This document shows, piece by piece, positions 1-15,649 of a stretch of DNA of 64,000 bases. The notes under the pieces are model-generated. The model had not been told where the DNA came from, searched no databases, and saw only the letters and a program-made list of their open reading frames with translations. The position numbers and the translations under genes are program-made. The stretch spans positions 130,262,001 to 130,326,000 of the forward strand of contig OX597819.1 in the NCBI GenBank assembly GCA_951406725.2, in the 5' to 3' direction. Numbering within the stretch: the first letter of the stretch is position 1; every line of letters starts with the position of its first letter. This DNA is from Octopus vulgaris. Taxonomy: Eukaryota.

Positions 1-13
1 CAGACAGACAGAC

Positions 14-84
<71 letters not shown>

Positions 85-221
85 CAGACAGAGAAAGAGA
101 GAGGTGGGGATAAAAGGATCTAGAGAAAGACAGTGAATAGATTTGAAGAATTTAGTTGATACATGTATTTATATATACATGCACACACACACACACATCC
201 AGACTTATGTATGTATACATG

Positions 222-392
222 TATATACGACGAGCTTCTTTCAGTTTCCGTGAACCAAATCCATTCACAAGGCTTTAGTTGGGGCGGGACTATAGTAGAA
301 GACACTTGCCTAATGTGCCATGCAGTGGAACTGAACCCAAGACTACATGGTTGGGAAGCTAGTATCGTGCCCCCTGAGCCACACCTGTGTCT
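222..392 (-). mobile_element. SINE family A, head region
   Basis: Reverse complement of the family A head (gcttctttcagtttccg...gacacttgcc...ctgaaccc). Confidence 0.75.
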
Positions 393-981
393 GTATGACA
401 TTTTTATTTAATCTTAACAAGATCACATCTCTGATGTTTAGGACATATCTCTATGTATTAATCGTATAAACCATATCTCATATCTATGCTATATATTTAT
501 ATAAAACTTAACTTTACATCTCAAATTCTTTAGAACAGTTGGAAGAGCCAGTTGTTGGATATGGCTCAAAAGAAATGATAAAATCTAGTTGGAGATGTGA
601 TGTGTGTGTGTGAGGCAGGGATCTATCTGTTGGCTTATATTGGAAGTTAAACCCGAACGACTCCACAATTTTATCATGGTAGCCATGACCCATAAATGGA
701 ATTAAGCTGGATTTCTTGTTAGTCGATCCAGTTGGTGGGGTATCGTATTAGTAAGTTGGAGCAGGTGCACAGTAAAACCATTGAGAGAAAGGGCCTGAAT
801 CGGTGCGCATTCTCTCCTGGTGACCCCTGAAACCTACTGGACTCCGGAGAGCGGAGTGATTGACTGACCGCACTTGCGCATGGAACCTGTTGACAAGTTT
901 TAAACTCCGCAGCACATCTTAGGTATTTCATTATTAATGATAATCATATTAACAACGATATTTTAAATATTAACAATATCG

Positions 982-1400
982 AAGGTGGTGGGGCTGGCAG
1001 AATCGTTAGCACGCCGGGCTAAATGATTAGCGTTATTTCGTCTGCCGCTACGTTCTGGGTTCAAATTCCGCCGAGGTCGACTTTGCCTTTCATCCTTTCG
1101 GGGTCGATAAATTAAGTACCAGTTGCGCACTGGGGTCGACGTAATCGACTGAATACTTTTGTCTGTCCTTGTTTGTCCCCTCTATGTTTAGCCCCTTGTG
1201 GGCAATAAAGAAATAAGAATCGTTAACACGCTGGGAAAAATGCTTAGTGGCATTTGTTCTGAGTTCAATTTCCGACGAGGTTGACTGTGCCTTTCAACCT
1301 TTCGGGGTCGATAAAATGGGTACTAGTTGAGCACCAGGATCGATGTAATCGACTTACCAATTCCCCAAAATCTCTGGCCCTGTACCAAAATTTGAAATCA
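982..1400 (+). mobile_element. SINE family B (tRNA-like head, Deu/Nin-like central domain), one full and one partial unit in tandem
   Basis: gctggcagaatcgttagc...gttcaaattcc...gcctttcatcctttcggggtcgataaattaagtacc; the last motif resembles the Deu/Nin SINE domain. Confidence 0.82.
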
Positions 1401-1865
1401 ATATTAAATCATATTAAAAAAAACAAGTATGAAGTACTTATGAGTCTGGGTTATGTCTTCCTAACAAGTCCTCACCAGTTTCTGAGGATCTGAAAAGAGT
1501 AATCAGCACTATACTTTAACTTAAAGGCCGTAGAAAATATAATAAAATAAAGTAATTGAGTTAAAGAAAAAGTTTCGTTTTCCTTTATCTTGTAGAAATG
1601 AGTCTATAACTCACTTATATGCACAGAATCTACGTCACCTTGATTTATTCTTGATGCACTGCACAGGAAAAGAGGCTAACAGGAACTGAATAATCATCAA
1701 CTCCTGTATTTAGATTCTGCAGTAATTACTGAAATTGCATCTGCTAAATCCTATAAATTCTCTTCTGAATTATCTGTAAACAACGCTGATCTTCACACTG
1801 GTTCCCCTGGGCACCGGAAGTTTCAGAAGTTTTCTAAAAAAAAATCTTTAATTATTCTTTTCTAC

Positions 1866-2069
1866 TCTAGACACAAGGCCCGAAATTTTGGAGGAGGGGC
1901 AGTGGATTAGATCAACCCCATTGCGTAGCTGGTACTTAATTTATCGAGCCCGAAAGGATGAAAGGCGAAGTCAACCTCGGCGGAATTTGAACTCAGATCA
2001 TAACGACAGACGAAATACTGCTAAGCATTCCGCCCGGCTTGCTAACGTTTCTGCCAGCTCCGCCGCCTT
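1866..2069 (-). mobile_element. SINE family B
   Basis: ggtacttaatttatcgagcccgaaaggatgaaaggc...ctgccagctccgccgcc. Confidence 0.8.
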
Positions 2070-2246
2070 AGAATGTTTAATTATTTCAATGATGATGTTG
2101 ATGCTTGCGATATCTCTTTCCTTTCTTCTTTCATTCATTCTTTTTTCCTTTCTATCTTTCGTTCGTTCTTTCTTTTTATCGTTCTTTCTTTCATTCATTC
2201 TTTCATTCTTTCTTTCTTTCTCTCTTTCATTCTTTCACTCTTTCTT

Positions 2247-2286
<40 letters not shown>

Positions 2287-2669
2287 CCTCTTACTCATAC
2301 GCACACACAGAAAGATACTAGCACGTACATATATGTGTGGGGATGCATATGTATGTTTGTATATACATATACTTACGTGCACCCCCCCCACACACACACA
2401 CGCGCAGACGCACACACATACACATAAATGACAAAAATAAAGCTTGTAATATAGACACACTGACAAAGAATTATTGTGCAAACGTATGTATATATGTGTG
2501 CGTATATACATCCATCCATACAGTCGTACGTACGTATGTATGTATGTATATATGTAAGTATGTATGTATGTATGAATGGACGGATGGATGGGCGTATACA
2601 TGCATACATACACATATATGCATAAATAAATGTGCATGTATGCATGTATATATGTATACACATACATGT

Positions 2670-2702
<33 letters not shown>

Positions 2703-3456
2703 GTGCTAATGACGATTGTGCGCGAGAGCGTACGTGTGTTCCACCGATGTTTATCACTGAATGTTACATAAACAAAGATGAGAAAAAGAGAAGAAAAAAA
2801 AACGATAATAATTACTCGTTATACATTTTCGGGAACAATTTCAGGGAACAATTATTGCCCAGTTGCAAACGTGCAACTCACGACGCTATAGTTCACCAAA
2901 CCCCATATAACTAAATAATAAATTTGAATAAATAAATTAATTAATAAATACATAAATAAATAAATATAGTAGGGGGTGATCAATGTAATGTTTCAAGAAT
3001 TTTATTTCGCAACAATACGAAGAATTTACCTATTTGGTAAGCACATGGGAATAGCGAAAACATACCTTCTCAGGTACACAGGTTTATTGTACATTATGTC
3101 GCATGTAACTAAGTAAGTACATGTTCATGTCGGACTATGTGAGAAGGTATGTGTGCGTGTATGTCTGTATGTGTGTAGTGTGTGTGTGCGCGCGTGTATG
3201 CGTGTCTGTGTGGGTGGGTGTCTGCATGTGTGTGTGTATGAGGGTGTGAGTGGTTGTGTCTATGTGACTTTGAAATATTTCTCTATAAGTTCTGCTATCG
3301 AACATTTACGCAAAATAAAACGGAAATAATGCTAAAATATTAATGGCGTATTTTGATAAATATAAATATTTAATAAACGGTGATAGCTTATTAAAACAAA
3401 GGATAATGTGATGTATGAAGGTATGGACAGTAATACATTGACACACACACATTCAA

Positions 3457-3500
<44 letters not shown>

Positions 3501-3549
3501 AAAAAATGTCAAGATAGAAAATGCTAAAATAATTTTATAAAAAACATTT

Positions 3550-3585
3550 CAGTACCGGTTTCAGTCATTGAGACTTTTTCAACTG
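3550..3585 (-). ncRNA. Minimal type I hammerhead ribozyme motif, U3-A8 variant
   Basis: Minus strand CAG-TTGAAAA-AGTC tcaat GACT-GAAA-CCGG-TA-CTG: 3-bp helix I, 4-bp helix II, palindromic ACCGGT helix III. Confidence 0.6.
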
Positions 3586-3698
3586 TAACAATTGAATAAT
3601 TAAATTTAGAAAAATTAAAAGAAAAGTTGTTTTTTTTTAAGAATATTTGTATAGTGTTCAAATACAAGTGGCATTTTCCTGGTTTCCGAGGTCGTGTG

Positions 3699-3740
<42 letters not shown>

Positions 3741-3857
3741 CATATACATGTAAATATGCATAGTTACTAAAACATATACATATGCACATGCACGCAGAAA
3801 ATTTAATTGTTGATATATTTATACACATATATACATACATGTATACATACAAACATA

Positions 3858-3891
<34 letters not shown>

Positions 3892-4244
3892 AGTGTGTGT
3901 ATGTGTGTGTGTGTGACTTTGTGTTTGTTATGATCCCTCATCACCGCTTCACAACCGGTAGTAGTTTGGTTACGCCCCCCACTCTGCAAAAGAGACCGAT
4001 AGAATAAGTACCAGGCATTAAAGAGGGGCACTGAGGTTGATTCGTTCGAGTAAAAATTCTTCAAGGCGTCGCCACATTCGGGCCGCAGTCAAAATTATTG
4101 AAACAATTAAAAGATAAAAGACAGAAGATGAAAGATACGTATATATGTATATATGTATGTATATATGTGTATATATGTGTATATATGTAGATATATGTAT
4201 GTGTATATATGTGTATATATGTGTATATATACATATATATATAC

Positions 4245-4925
<681 letters not shown>

Positions 4926-4987
4926 ACTGCTACAAATAAAATAATATATATATATATTCATATATATACATATATACATATATATAC

Positions 4988-5042
<55 letters not shown>

Positions 5043-5481
5043 TATACACACACACAATCATGCATATATATATATGTATGATAGTAACTCAGTGCTTGTG
5101 TATATATATAATTTTTTTGCATATAAGTGTATATATGGGTTTATCTGTCATGAATAATAACTAGTGCATATCTATTTAAATACTTTTACACAGTCAAATA
5201 CATTAATAACGGCCCCACTGAATAAGCATACATTAATAAATGTTACACACACATATATATATATATGTACGCATGTATATATATATATATATACATATGG
5301 AATATCAATGCCACAATATTCATTTTTACTAACATTATAACCACACTAATTCCCTGTATGAGTTCGTCAATTAGTTAATATTCTCGCAGTCTGTTGCCAT
5401 CTTTTCCTCTGTCTCTTTTTCCTTCTCTCTCCCTGAATTCCCCCTCTATCTATCTATCTATCTCTCTGTCTCTCTCTATCC

Positions 5482-5523
<42 letters not shown>

Positions 5524-5586
5524 GTCTATCTATCTATCTGTCTATCTCTCTCTCTATCTCTCTATCTCTCTATCTCTCACTCTCTT

Positions 5587-5619
<33 letters not shown>

Positions 5620-5858
5620 GCCTATCTATCTATAAATTTACACACACATTCGGAAAAATATACGTAAATATGCATATATGTACGTGTGTTTATGTGTGTG
5701 TGTATGTGTGTGTGTGTGTGTGTGAGTCTGTGTGTGTCTATGTGTGTGCGCGTGTGCGAGCCAGTGCATGCGCATTCATTATCAGTTTCTATATCAGTTA
5801 ACTTTCTTGTATATGTAAGTATGTGTAAGTAGGTGTATGTTTAAGTCGTATAGGCTTA

Positions 5859-5948
<90 letters not shown>

Positions 5949-5987
5949 TATATATACATATATATACATATATATACATATATATAC

Positions 5988-6035
<48 letters not shown>

Positions 6036-6043
6036 GTATATAT

Positions 6044-6308
6044 AATTACAAATTAGGGTATCTACGAGATACCACCATGCTGAAAATAGCAGCCATGATC
6101 TGACTCTAAAACCACCTTAATTGGCCACCTTAATTGACAATTAAGGTGGTTTTAGAGTCAGATCATGGCTGCTATTTTCAGCATGGTGGTGTCTCGTAGA
6201 TACCCTAATTTATAATTTTAATAATTATTACCTTTGAAGGTTATTTTTTTCCATGCTGGCCACTTGATAAAATCGTTAATTTATTTTATATTAACGACCT
6301 TATCCTTA
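6044..6308. mobile_element. Hairpin-headed repeat family (80-bp arms 6044-6123 / 6138-6217 plus unique tail); copies at 21661-21931 and 39819-39990
   Basis: agggtatctacgagataccaccatgctgaaaatagcagccatgatctgactctaaaaccacc and its reverse complement; all copies lie in TA-rich tracts. Confidence 0.85.
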
Positions 6309-6601
6309 TATATATGTATATATAAACATATCCACATGCATATCACTGGGTTTGTATTTATCAATATTACTGGACAATTATTAGTAGAAATGTCTCTACA
6401 AATTACTACCGAGTTACATTACAAGGTATATTTTATCAATTATATAGGCATAAAATCTCTTATCCATACGGATACATGTAAATATACATGCGTACGTAGT
6501 CATTTGGCTATACACACACACACCTTACATATGTGCATTTACGTAAGTATACATAAATATATATACATACATAGATATATGTATGTAAATATGTGTATGC
6601 A

Positions 6602-6634
<33 letters not shown>

Positions 6635-7394
6635 GCCTACATACATTCATACATACCTACATATATATACATACATCCACGCACACATATCGGGTTTGCG
6701 GTTTTGTAGTATATTTGTGTCTATTTATATATGTACGTGTTAGTTTAATAAGCATATAGGGGGGGAGTGTATAATGTCTGTATGACACCTATTAATCAAA
6801 ATTGTATAATTTACTACACTCACACCCACACACACCCACATATATATATGCATATACACACCTACATATACGTATATTTATATATATATATGTATACATA
6901 TACGTATACATATATGTATTTATATATACACACACACATATATACAAATATACGTATACATACGTTTATATATATATACACATACGCATGCATATATATA
7001 TATATATGCATATTAACTTCCTATTATACATTGCATTTTCTATTTGAGTGTGATTCAATGTCGTTTGTGTGTGGTGGGTGTTTGTATGTTGTTCTACTAA
7101 TCTGTGTCTATGTACACCGGTGTAAACCGTGTTGTTTTTGTTATATACCCGTCTGCATTCCGTAACCTAGTGTGCTGTCTACCTGGGTGACTATACCCAT
7201 CATACGAACATTGTGCAACGAATGAAACCAATATCTAAACATTAGAATACATTACCTGTATATGTATGTATGTATGTAAGTATGTATGTATGTATGTATG
7301 TAGGTAGGTAGGTAGGTAGGTAGATAGGTAGGGATATATGTGTGTATATATATATATAAGTGTAAGCACCTGTATTTGCCATATATATATATAT

Positions 7395-7790
7395 ACTCTT
7401 TTACTGGTTTCAGTCGCTTGACTGCGGACATGCTGGAGCGCCGCCTTTAGTCGAGCAAATCGACCCCAGGACTTATTCATTGTAAACCTAATACTTATTC
7501 TATCGGTCTCTTTTGCCGAACCGCTAAGTCACGGGGACCTAAACACACCAGTATCGGTTGTCAAGCGATGTTGGGTGGACAAACACTGACACACAAACAC
7601 ACACACATATATGCAGATACATATATACGACAGGCTTCTTTCAGTTTCCGTCTACCAAATCCACTCACAAGTCTATGGTAGGCCCGAGACTATAGTAGAA
7701 GACACTTGCCCAAGCTGCCACTCAGTGTGAATGAATCCGGAATCATGTGGTTGGTAAGCAAGCTACTTACCACACAGCCACTCCTACACC
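7395..7790 (-). mobile_element. SINE family A, full length
   Basis: Head, body and tail (catgctggagc...gcc) all present in reverse. Confidence 0.85.
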
Positions 7791-7837
<47 letters not shown>

Positions 7838-8035
7838 CGGGAAAGTTTACGAAAATAAAGAAAAGACGAAGGCAGGTGGAGTACAAACAAACAAATGTAT
7901 TAGTATAGCGCTCAGGAATAGAAATATAAAAATGTATTTTACGTTTCGAGCCTACGCTCTTCGATAGAAAGATACACAGAAAAAAACAAGGAGAGAAACA
8001 AGGAGAGAAAAAATGCATGTAGGAGCTAACGATCT

Positions 8036-8078
<43 letters not shown>

Positions 8079-8890
8079 ATATATATATACGTGTGTGTGT
8101 GTGGGGGGGTCTGAGTGGGTATATGGAGGGATGAAGGGATGTATACGAATGCATACCTCACCGCACATGCTCATACAAACTCACAGACATAGTCACGTAC
8201 TTACGTACATATACTTACCTACCTGTGTGTGTGTGTGCGTTTGTAATTGATGTGTGTATCTTCGAGTGTATTGGCGCGAGTGTTTGTACTTATATATCTA
8301 CATATATATATTATGCATGTAAATTTGTGTCTATGTACATATGTACATATATGTGCATATGTTTATACATGTATGTGTGTGTGTATGTACGTATGTATGT
8401 ATGTATGTATGTATGTATATGTAAACACGCGCGCGCACAGAAGAATATATGTATATATGTATATGCATATATTGCAAATTCAATAAATAATCCAACATTT
8501 CCTGCAAGCATTAATCTCATTCGTTAATCTCATTCATTAATCTCAATGCTAATACAGGATTTGCACTTTTTAGAAGCACTGTTCACCTGATTGCCTGATC
8601 GGACCTTATTTCATCAACCCCGAAGGAATGCAGGGCAAGTCTGGCCTCGGCGTTATTTGAACTGCAGCTATATATTTTCTTCAACAAGCTAACATTTCCA
8701 CCAGCCTACCACAACCAATAATAATAATAATAATGTCAATACTTTCAACTATAAGCACAGGAATTGCGGGGGAGGGACAAGTCGATTACCTCGACCTCAG
8801 ACTTAGTAAAGACGGATAAAATGACGCTGAGCATTTTATCCGGCGCGATAACGATTCTGCCAGCTCACCGCCTTAATAATAATAATGATG

Positions 8891-8953
<63 letters not shown>

Positions 8954-9195
8954 GTTTCAAAATTTAGCACAAGGCCAGCAATTTTAGGGAAGCAAATAAG
9001 TCGATTACATTAATCCTCAGAATTCAACTGGTGCTCATTTCATTGAGCCCGATAGCTAAGTCGACCTGAGCGGAATTTGAACCCAGAACGCAAATGAGTC
9101 AGAGGAAACACAGCTAAGCATTTTATCCAGCGTAATATAAACGATTGCCACCAGCTCGACGCCCATCATAAAAACAACAATAACAAAAAAGAAAC

Positions 9196-9241
9196 CATTA
9201 TTATTATCGTTATTATTATTATCATTATTATCATTCAGTAG

Positions 9242-9292
<51 letters not shown>

Positions 9293-9294
9293 CA

Positions 9295-9325
<31 letters not shown>

Positions 9326-9406
9326 CATAATCATCATCATCATCATAATCATCATAATCATCATCATCATCATCATAATCGCAATCATCATCATTATCAT
9401 CATCAC

Positions 9407-9459
<53 letters not shown>

Positions 9460-9476
9460 CCATCATCATCACCTTC

Positions 9477-9507
<31 letters not shown>

Positions 9508-9605
9508 TCATTATCATCATTATTATCATCATTATTATCATTATTATTATCATCATCATCGTCATCATCATCATCATCATCATCGCCATCATCATCAACA
9601 TTATC

Positions 9606-9636
<31 letters not shown>

Positions 9637-9662
9637 TCATTATTATTATTATTATTATCATT
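9196..9662. repeat. Compound (ATT)n/(ATC)n trinucleotide tract
   Basis: Source of the poly-Met/Ile pseudo-ORF at 9056-9661. Confidence 0.95.
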
Positions 9663-10108
9663 CGCGTTTCCCGTTATTCACATTCCCCACATTATCTCTG
9701 TCATGTTCAGTATTTTTATTAACCTCATGATTCCATCCTAATGCTCACCGTTTTGCCGATATCAGTTTTCGTACACAAATCTACAGCAAAACAGTTATTA
9801 AAACGGAGCAGATTAGATTTTTTCCCCGATATATTTGTAAATGTAACTTTGTATTTTAACAGACATATATTTGTGTCTACACCTATGCACGCACATGCAC
9901 ACGCACGGACAGACCAGTAAACATATTCAAATAGATATATATATATGAATCTTTAGAATTTTTTGACATAGAACCAACGTTGTGAACCCTTTATTCGCAA
10001 TATTACCGAATCTGGAACTTAACTATGGTCTGTCTATAACACTTATTCAGCATTACCTGACACCTTTGGGTCTCAATGACACCATTATCTCTTATAACCT
10101 ATATAACA

Positions 10109-10507
10109 CTGGCTGTGTGGTAAGTAGCTTGCTAACCAACCACATGGTTCCGGTTTCAATCCCACTGCGTGGCATCTTGGGCAAGTGTCTTCTGCTATAG
10201 CCCCGGGCCGACCAATGCCTTGTGAGTGGATTTGGTAGACGGAAACTGAAAGAAGCCTGTCGTATATATGTATATATATATATATAAGTGTGTGTATATG
10301 TTTGTGTGTCTGTGTTTGTCTCCCTAGCATTGCTTGGCAACCGATGGTGGTGTGTTTACGTCCCCGTAACTTAGCGGTTCGGCAAAAGAGACCGATAGAA
10401 TAAGTAATGGGCTTACAAAAGAATAAGTCCTGGGGTCGATTTGCTCGACTAAAGGCGGTGCTCCAGCATGGCCGCAGTCAAATGACTGAAACAAGTAAAA
10501 GAGTAAA
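10109..10507 (+). mobile_element. SINE family A, near full length
   Basis: ggctgtgtggtaagtagcttgc ... ggcggtgctccagcatggccgcagtcaaatgactgaaacaagtaaaagagtaaa. Confidence 0.9.
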
Positions 10508-10510
10508 GTG

Positions 10511-10552
<42 letters not shown>

Positions 10553-10688
10553 TTATTGTGATTATGTAATTATAGGTGTATATGTTCATATATAAGTATA
10601 TAAGCCAAAGTAATGCAAGTATTGCACAGACACACACCCACAAACACATAAATATGCATGTGTACATTTGCATATATGTAATGTACGC

Positions 10689-10755
<67 letters not shown>

Positions 10756-10981
10756 TGTTTACGCATGTATGTGTGCATGTATGGATGTATATAATTTCAC
10801 TTGTTATATGCTGAATGCATGGAAATTCTATGTAAATTAGTCATGAATCATAAATTATGGTGCCACACAAGTCTATGTACTCTTCAAGGCGGGTATAGGA
10901 TAGGGGTGTATATGCATGTGCGCGTGAGTGTGTCCATGTGAATGCATGCTCTCTCTCTTTCTCTCTCTGTGTGTGTATATA

Positions 10982-11199
10982 TATTTCTTTATTACCCACA
11001 AGGGGCTAAACATAGAGGGGACAAACAAGGACAGACATAGGTATTAAGTCGATTACATCGATCCCAGTACATAACTGGTACTTAATTTATCGACCCCGAA
11101 AGGATGAAAGGCAAAGTCGACCTCGGCGGAATTTGAACTCAGAACGTAACGCTAAGCATTTCGCCCGGCGTGCTAACGGTTCTGCCAGCTCGCCGCCTT
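10982..11199 (-). mobile_element. SINE family B, full length
   Basis: tatttcttt...cccacaaggggctaaac...ctgccagctcgccgcctta. Confidence 0.88.
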
Positions 11200-11258
11200 A
11201 TGTATAAGTACGCACACGTGAATACATATGTGTATACATATTTATGTACATGTATGCG

Positions 11259-11317
<59 letters not shown>

Positions 11318-11663
11318 TTGTCTATGCTGATACTGATCTATAACTACTTACATACTAATATAGCTAAAACTATCTCACCACTTCACTTTCTCTCCCTATT
11401 TCTTTATATTTAAATACATACGCACACACATATTCATGTAGATACATGTTATATACTACCCGTACATGTGAGTGTATATATGTTGTATCTGCATCTTTAT
11501 AGTTTATTACGGGTATATGCAAATTTTTGCAACATATGTATCGAATTCATAGCAAATATATGCATATATCTGGCCACATGTGCGTATGTTTACATTCAAA
11601 TTTCTTACTAATAATCTGTTACACATATACACACCCAGCTATGTATATGCATATGTATTTGTG

Positions 11664-11696
<33 letters not shown>

Positions 11697-12435
11697 GTGT
11701 GTGTGTCTACGTGTGTGCGTGCGTGTATGTGTGTGTACGTATGTGCATATATGCATATATACATTCACAGACAACAACTACATAATACATACATACATAC
11801 ATACATACATACATACATACATACATACATACATACATACATACATGCATGCATATATATAGCATGGCTGCAGTCAAAGGATTAAATCATGTAAAAGAAT
11901 AAAAGAAGATATATATATATATTATTGTCTGGGAGAGTCATTCTGTTTTAGTGTCTTATTATTTAACACACGCACCGGTTTGATTTCCACTCATTTACAA
12001 TAGTCGTTGACACTCGTATCTATAACTATTGTTGTTATGTAACTCAAGATATTTGACCGTGCAGGACTGCACACATTCAGAACAAAGGCGAGACGCTCCC
12101 CACATATTGATCGTTGCAACGTTAAATATTTATATGTATATTCGAACGAAATATCGTTATAAACATATATATTGCTCAAATTTTTCTTCTTGTAGTTAGG
12201 TTTCCGACTGGGGTGAATTCTATTGACTGTTTAGTTTTTTTATTACATCTTAGTGCAATAAGTGTTTCTGTAAGACTTGTGAATTTTTGAAAAGCAAAAA
12301 AATGGGTAAATACCTCTAAACTTTAAATAAACTCGTTCGGGATTCGAAACTTCGTGGTAGTCTGAAATAGATTGTAGCCTATTATACCCGTGGATGGAAT
12401 CAAATGCTGTCTTACTTTGATCAAATGTGACACTG

Positions 12436-12501
<66 letters not shown>

Positions 12502-12545
12502 ATATAATATAATATTATATATATATATATATATAATATAATATA

Positions 12546-12601
<56 letters not shown>

Positions 12602-14129
12602 TATATATTATATATATATATTATATATATATGTATATATGTATATACATACACGAGCACATATTCACGTACTCATATATTTCACATGCACACACACACA
12701 ACCATTATTAATTGTGAGTTCTATATTTTCTAATAATTTAGTTGATTTTAACAGGGATTTTTCCCAGCTTTTTGTTTTTAGATTTCAAACCCAACTTAAA
12801 ACTCCTTTTTCTGGAGAATGACATGAATCCTATGTCGCATTTTAAAATTTATATACAATGTATATCATGACTATATATGTATTTCTATATTAAACGTAGC
12901 ATAAATAATTCTTTTTTACTCTAGGGACAAGGCCTGACATTTTTGGAGGGGTGGGGGCAATCGATTAGATCGACCCCAGTACGTAACTGGTACTTAATTT
13001 ATCGACCCCGAAAGGATGAAGCATAAATAACGTAATATGATATGTTTATATGTTTATTTGTATATCTATTTGCCTTTGTTTCCACACTCCTGACATTCTT
13101 CCATTCAAATTGAGCCCTGTCGGTATTCCTCTTAAACCTGGATCATATCTCATTTCTAGTGATCCTTCATTTTTCCAGTCTTTCATTTTACTGCCCTTTT
13201 TTTTCTCCAAACCCTTTTTATACCCAACGATTTTTAAAATTTGAATCCAGTTTACTACTGGATCCTTCACATTTCTTCTTCTTAATCTTCATTTCCGTTT
13301 ATGTCTGATCCTTGGAACAAATTCGAAAACTCATCAGTCTCACTTTTTCTTGTGATTAAGACTGATACTCTTCTTTTGATCCTGGATTGTCTTCATCATT
13401 ACATCTAATTCCTTTTACTCCTGATCCTCCTAGATCCTACCCCTTTGTCCCCACCCCTTTGATCCTTACCGTTGACCGCCATTTTGATCCTACTTTTGAA
13501 CCTCCATTACTTTAGTCACTTCAGATATTTTTGAAACCTAATAGTTCTCCTTTTGATTCACCTCTCTTTATCGATGGGTTTACCATTATCTTCTTCCTTT
13601 CAATGCCCTTCTTGATCCCTCTTTATGAAAACCCTTACACTCCAAGTCTTCATCTTTGTTTCTGTATCTCAATATCTTTTTTACTTACTCCTGATTGATA
13701 TTTATCTATATTCATTTCATATCCATCCAATTCCAACATCATTTCAATTCCAATTCTGCCTTTATTCCTAAAACATGATCTTTTATATTACTAATTAACC
13801 CATTCTTCATATCATTCGAAGAACTTGATTCCTTTCTCCTCGTTCGATGCCAGTTCTACTCACTACACAATTACATTCATTCATGATAAATCAGTAATTC
13901 TTACAGAAGATGTCACAAATATACAACTGAGCCTCATCCATTCTTTACTTTACGGCTCCTTCTATCTGCTGCTTTTAATTCTTTTTTTATTCTCCATCTT
14001 TTTCCTACCTAATGGTTCTTTTCTTATATTTATCATGTCCTTGCACTTACTATTCACCTGTGTACTTCGAATGAGTTATTTTATTTACTTCTGTTATAAT
14101 TATCTATCCATCCATCAATCCTTCCATCC

Positions 14130-14219
<90 letters not shown>

Positions 14220-14220
14220 G

Positions 14221-14259
<39 letters not shown>

Positions 14260-14263
14260 GTAC

Positions 14264-14342
<79 letters not shown>

Positions 14343-14409
14343 CATGTCTATTTATCCATACACACACATACATATACGTATATATGCAAATATATATATA
14401 TATATTTTC

Positions 14410-14448
<39 letters not shown>

Positions 14449-14461
14449 CATACACACATAT

Positions 14462-14660
14462 AGGCATGGCTTTGGAAAGAAGCTTGCTACCTGACCACAG
14501 GGTTCCGGATTCAGTCTTTCTTTGTAGCACCTTGAGCGACGGGTAGATTTGGTAGACAGAAACTGAAAAAGCCCATCGTATATATATGTGTGCTTGTGTG
14601 AGCGTGTGTGCATGTGTGTGCGTGTATGTGTGTGTGTGTGTATGTGTGTGTGTGTATGTG

Positions 14661-14702
<42 letters not shown>

Positions 14703-14890
14703 AACACTGCTTAACAACTTTACATGTTTACGTTCCCGTAACTTACCGGTTCAACAAAATAAACCGATAGAATAAGTAATATACATTAAAAAAAAATAGT
14801 ATTGGGCTCAATTCATTCGAGTAAAAATTCTTCAAGGCGATGCTGCAGCATGGCCGCAGTCTAATGACTTAAATAAGTAAAATGATAAAA
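14462..14890 (+). mobile_element. SINE family A, diverged
   Basis: Recognisable head, body and tail with internal deletion. Confidence 0.75.
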
Positions 14891-15012
14891 AAAAATAAAG
14901 TAGGTAAAAATATAACGGAATATTGGTCAAGATTGACTTGACCCGAATAAATGTTATTCAGTACTCACTAAACGGATATATTTATATGCTCACACACACA
15001 CACACACACATA

Positions 15013-15649
15013 CTCTTTTACTCTATTACTTGTTTCAGTCATTTGACTGCGGCCATGCTGGAGCACCGCTTTTAGTCGAGCAAATCGACCCCGGGACTTA
15101 TTCTTTGTAAGCCCAGTACTCATTCTATCGGTCTCTTTTGCCGGACCGCTAAGTTACGGGGACGTAAACACACCAGCATCGGTTGTCAAGCAATGCTAGG
15201 GGGATAAACACAGACACACAAACATATATACACACACACTTATATATATATATATATACATATATACGACAGGCTTCTTTCAGTTTCCGTCTACTAAATC
15301 CACTCACAAGGCATTAGTCGGCCCGGTGTTATAGCAGAAGACACTTGCCCAAGATGCCACGCAGTGAGACTGAACCCGGAACCATGTGGTTGGTTAGCAA
15401 GCTACTTACCACACAGCCACTCCTGCGCCTATATATATATATATGTATACATATGTATATATATATATATATATATACATATATACGACAGGCTTCTTTC
15501 AGTTTCCGTCTACCAAATCCACTCACAAGGCATTGGTCGGCCCGGTGTTATAGCAGAAGACACTTGCCCAAGATGCCACGCAGTGAGACTGAACCCGGAA
15601 CCATGTGGTTGGTTAGCAAGCTACTTACCACACAGCCACTCCTGCGCCT
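15013..15649 (-). mobile_element. SINE family A with tandemly duplicated 5' head (15262-15430 and 15481-15649)
   Basis: Two almost identical ~170-bp heads separated by (TA)n, sharing one body and tail. Confidence 0.88.

Noticed and set aside
719-931. Unique GC-richer island as candidate Vsx exon 2
   Set aside because: The plausible acceptor (tcaacag) read in phase 1 hits TAG after about 17 codons; no homeodomain similarity; left unassigned
9056-9661. 201-aa poly-Met/Ile ORF
   Set aside because: Reverse translation of an (ATC)/(ATT) tract adjoining a degenerate SINE-B
13050-14100. Pyrimidine-rich block with recurrent gatcc motifs
   Set aside because: No consistent period or credible reading frame; probably decayed low-complexity sequence
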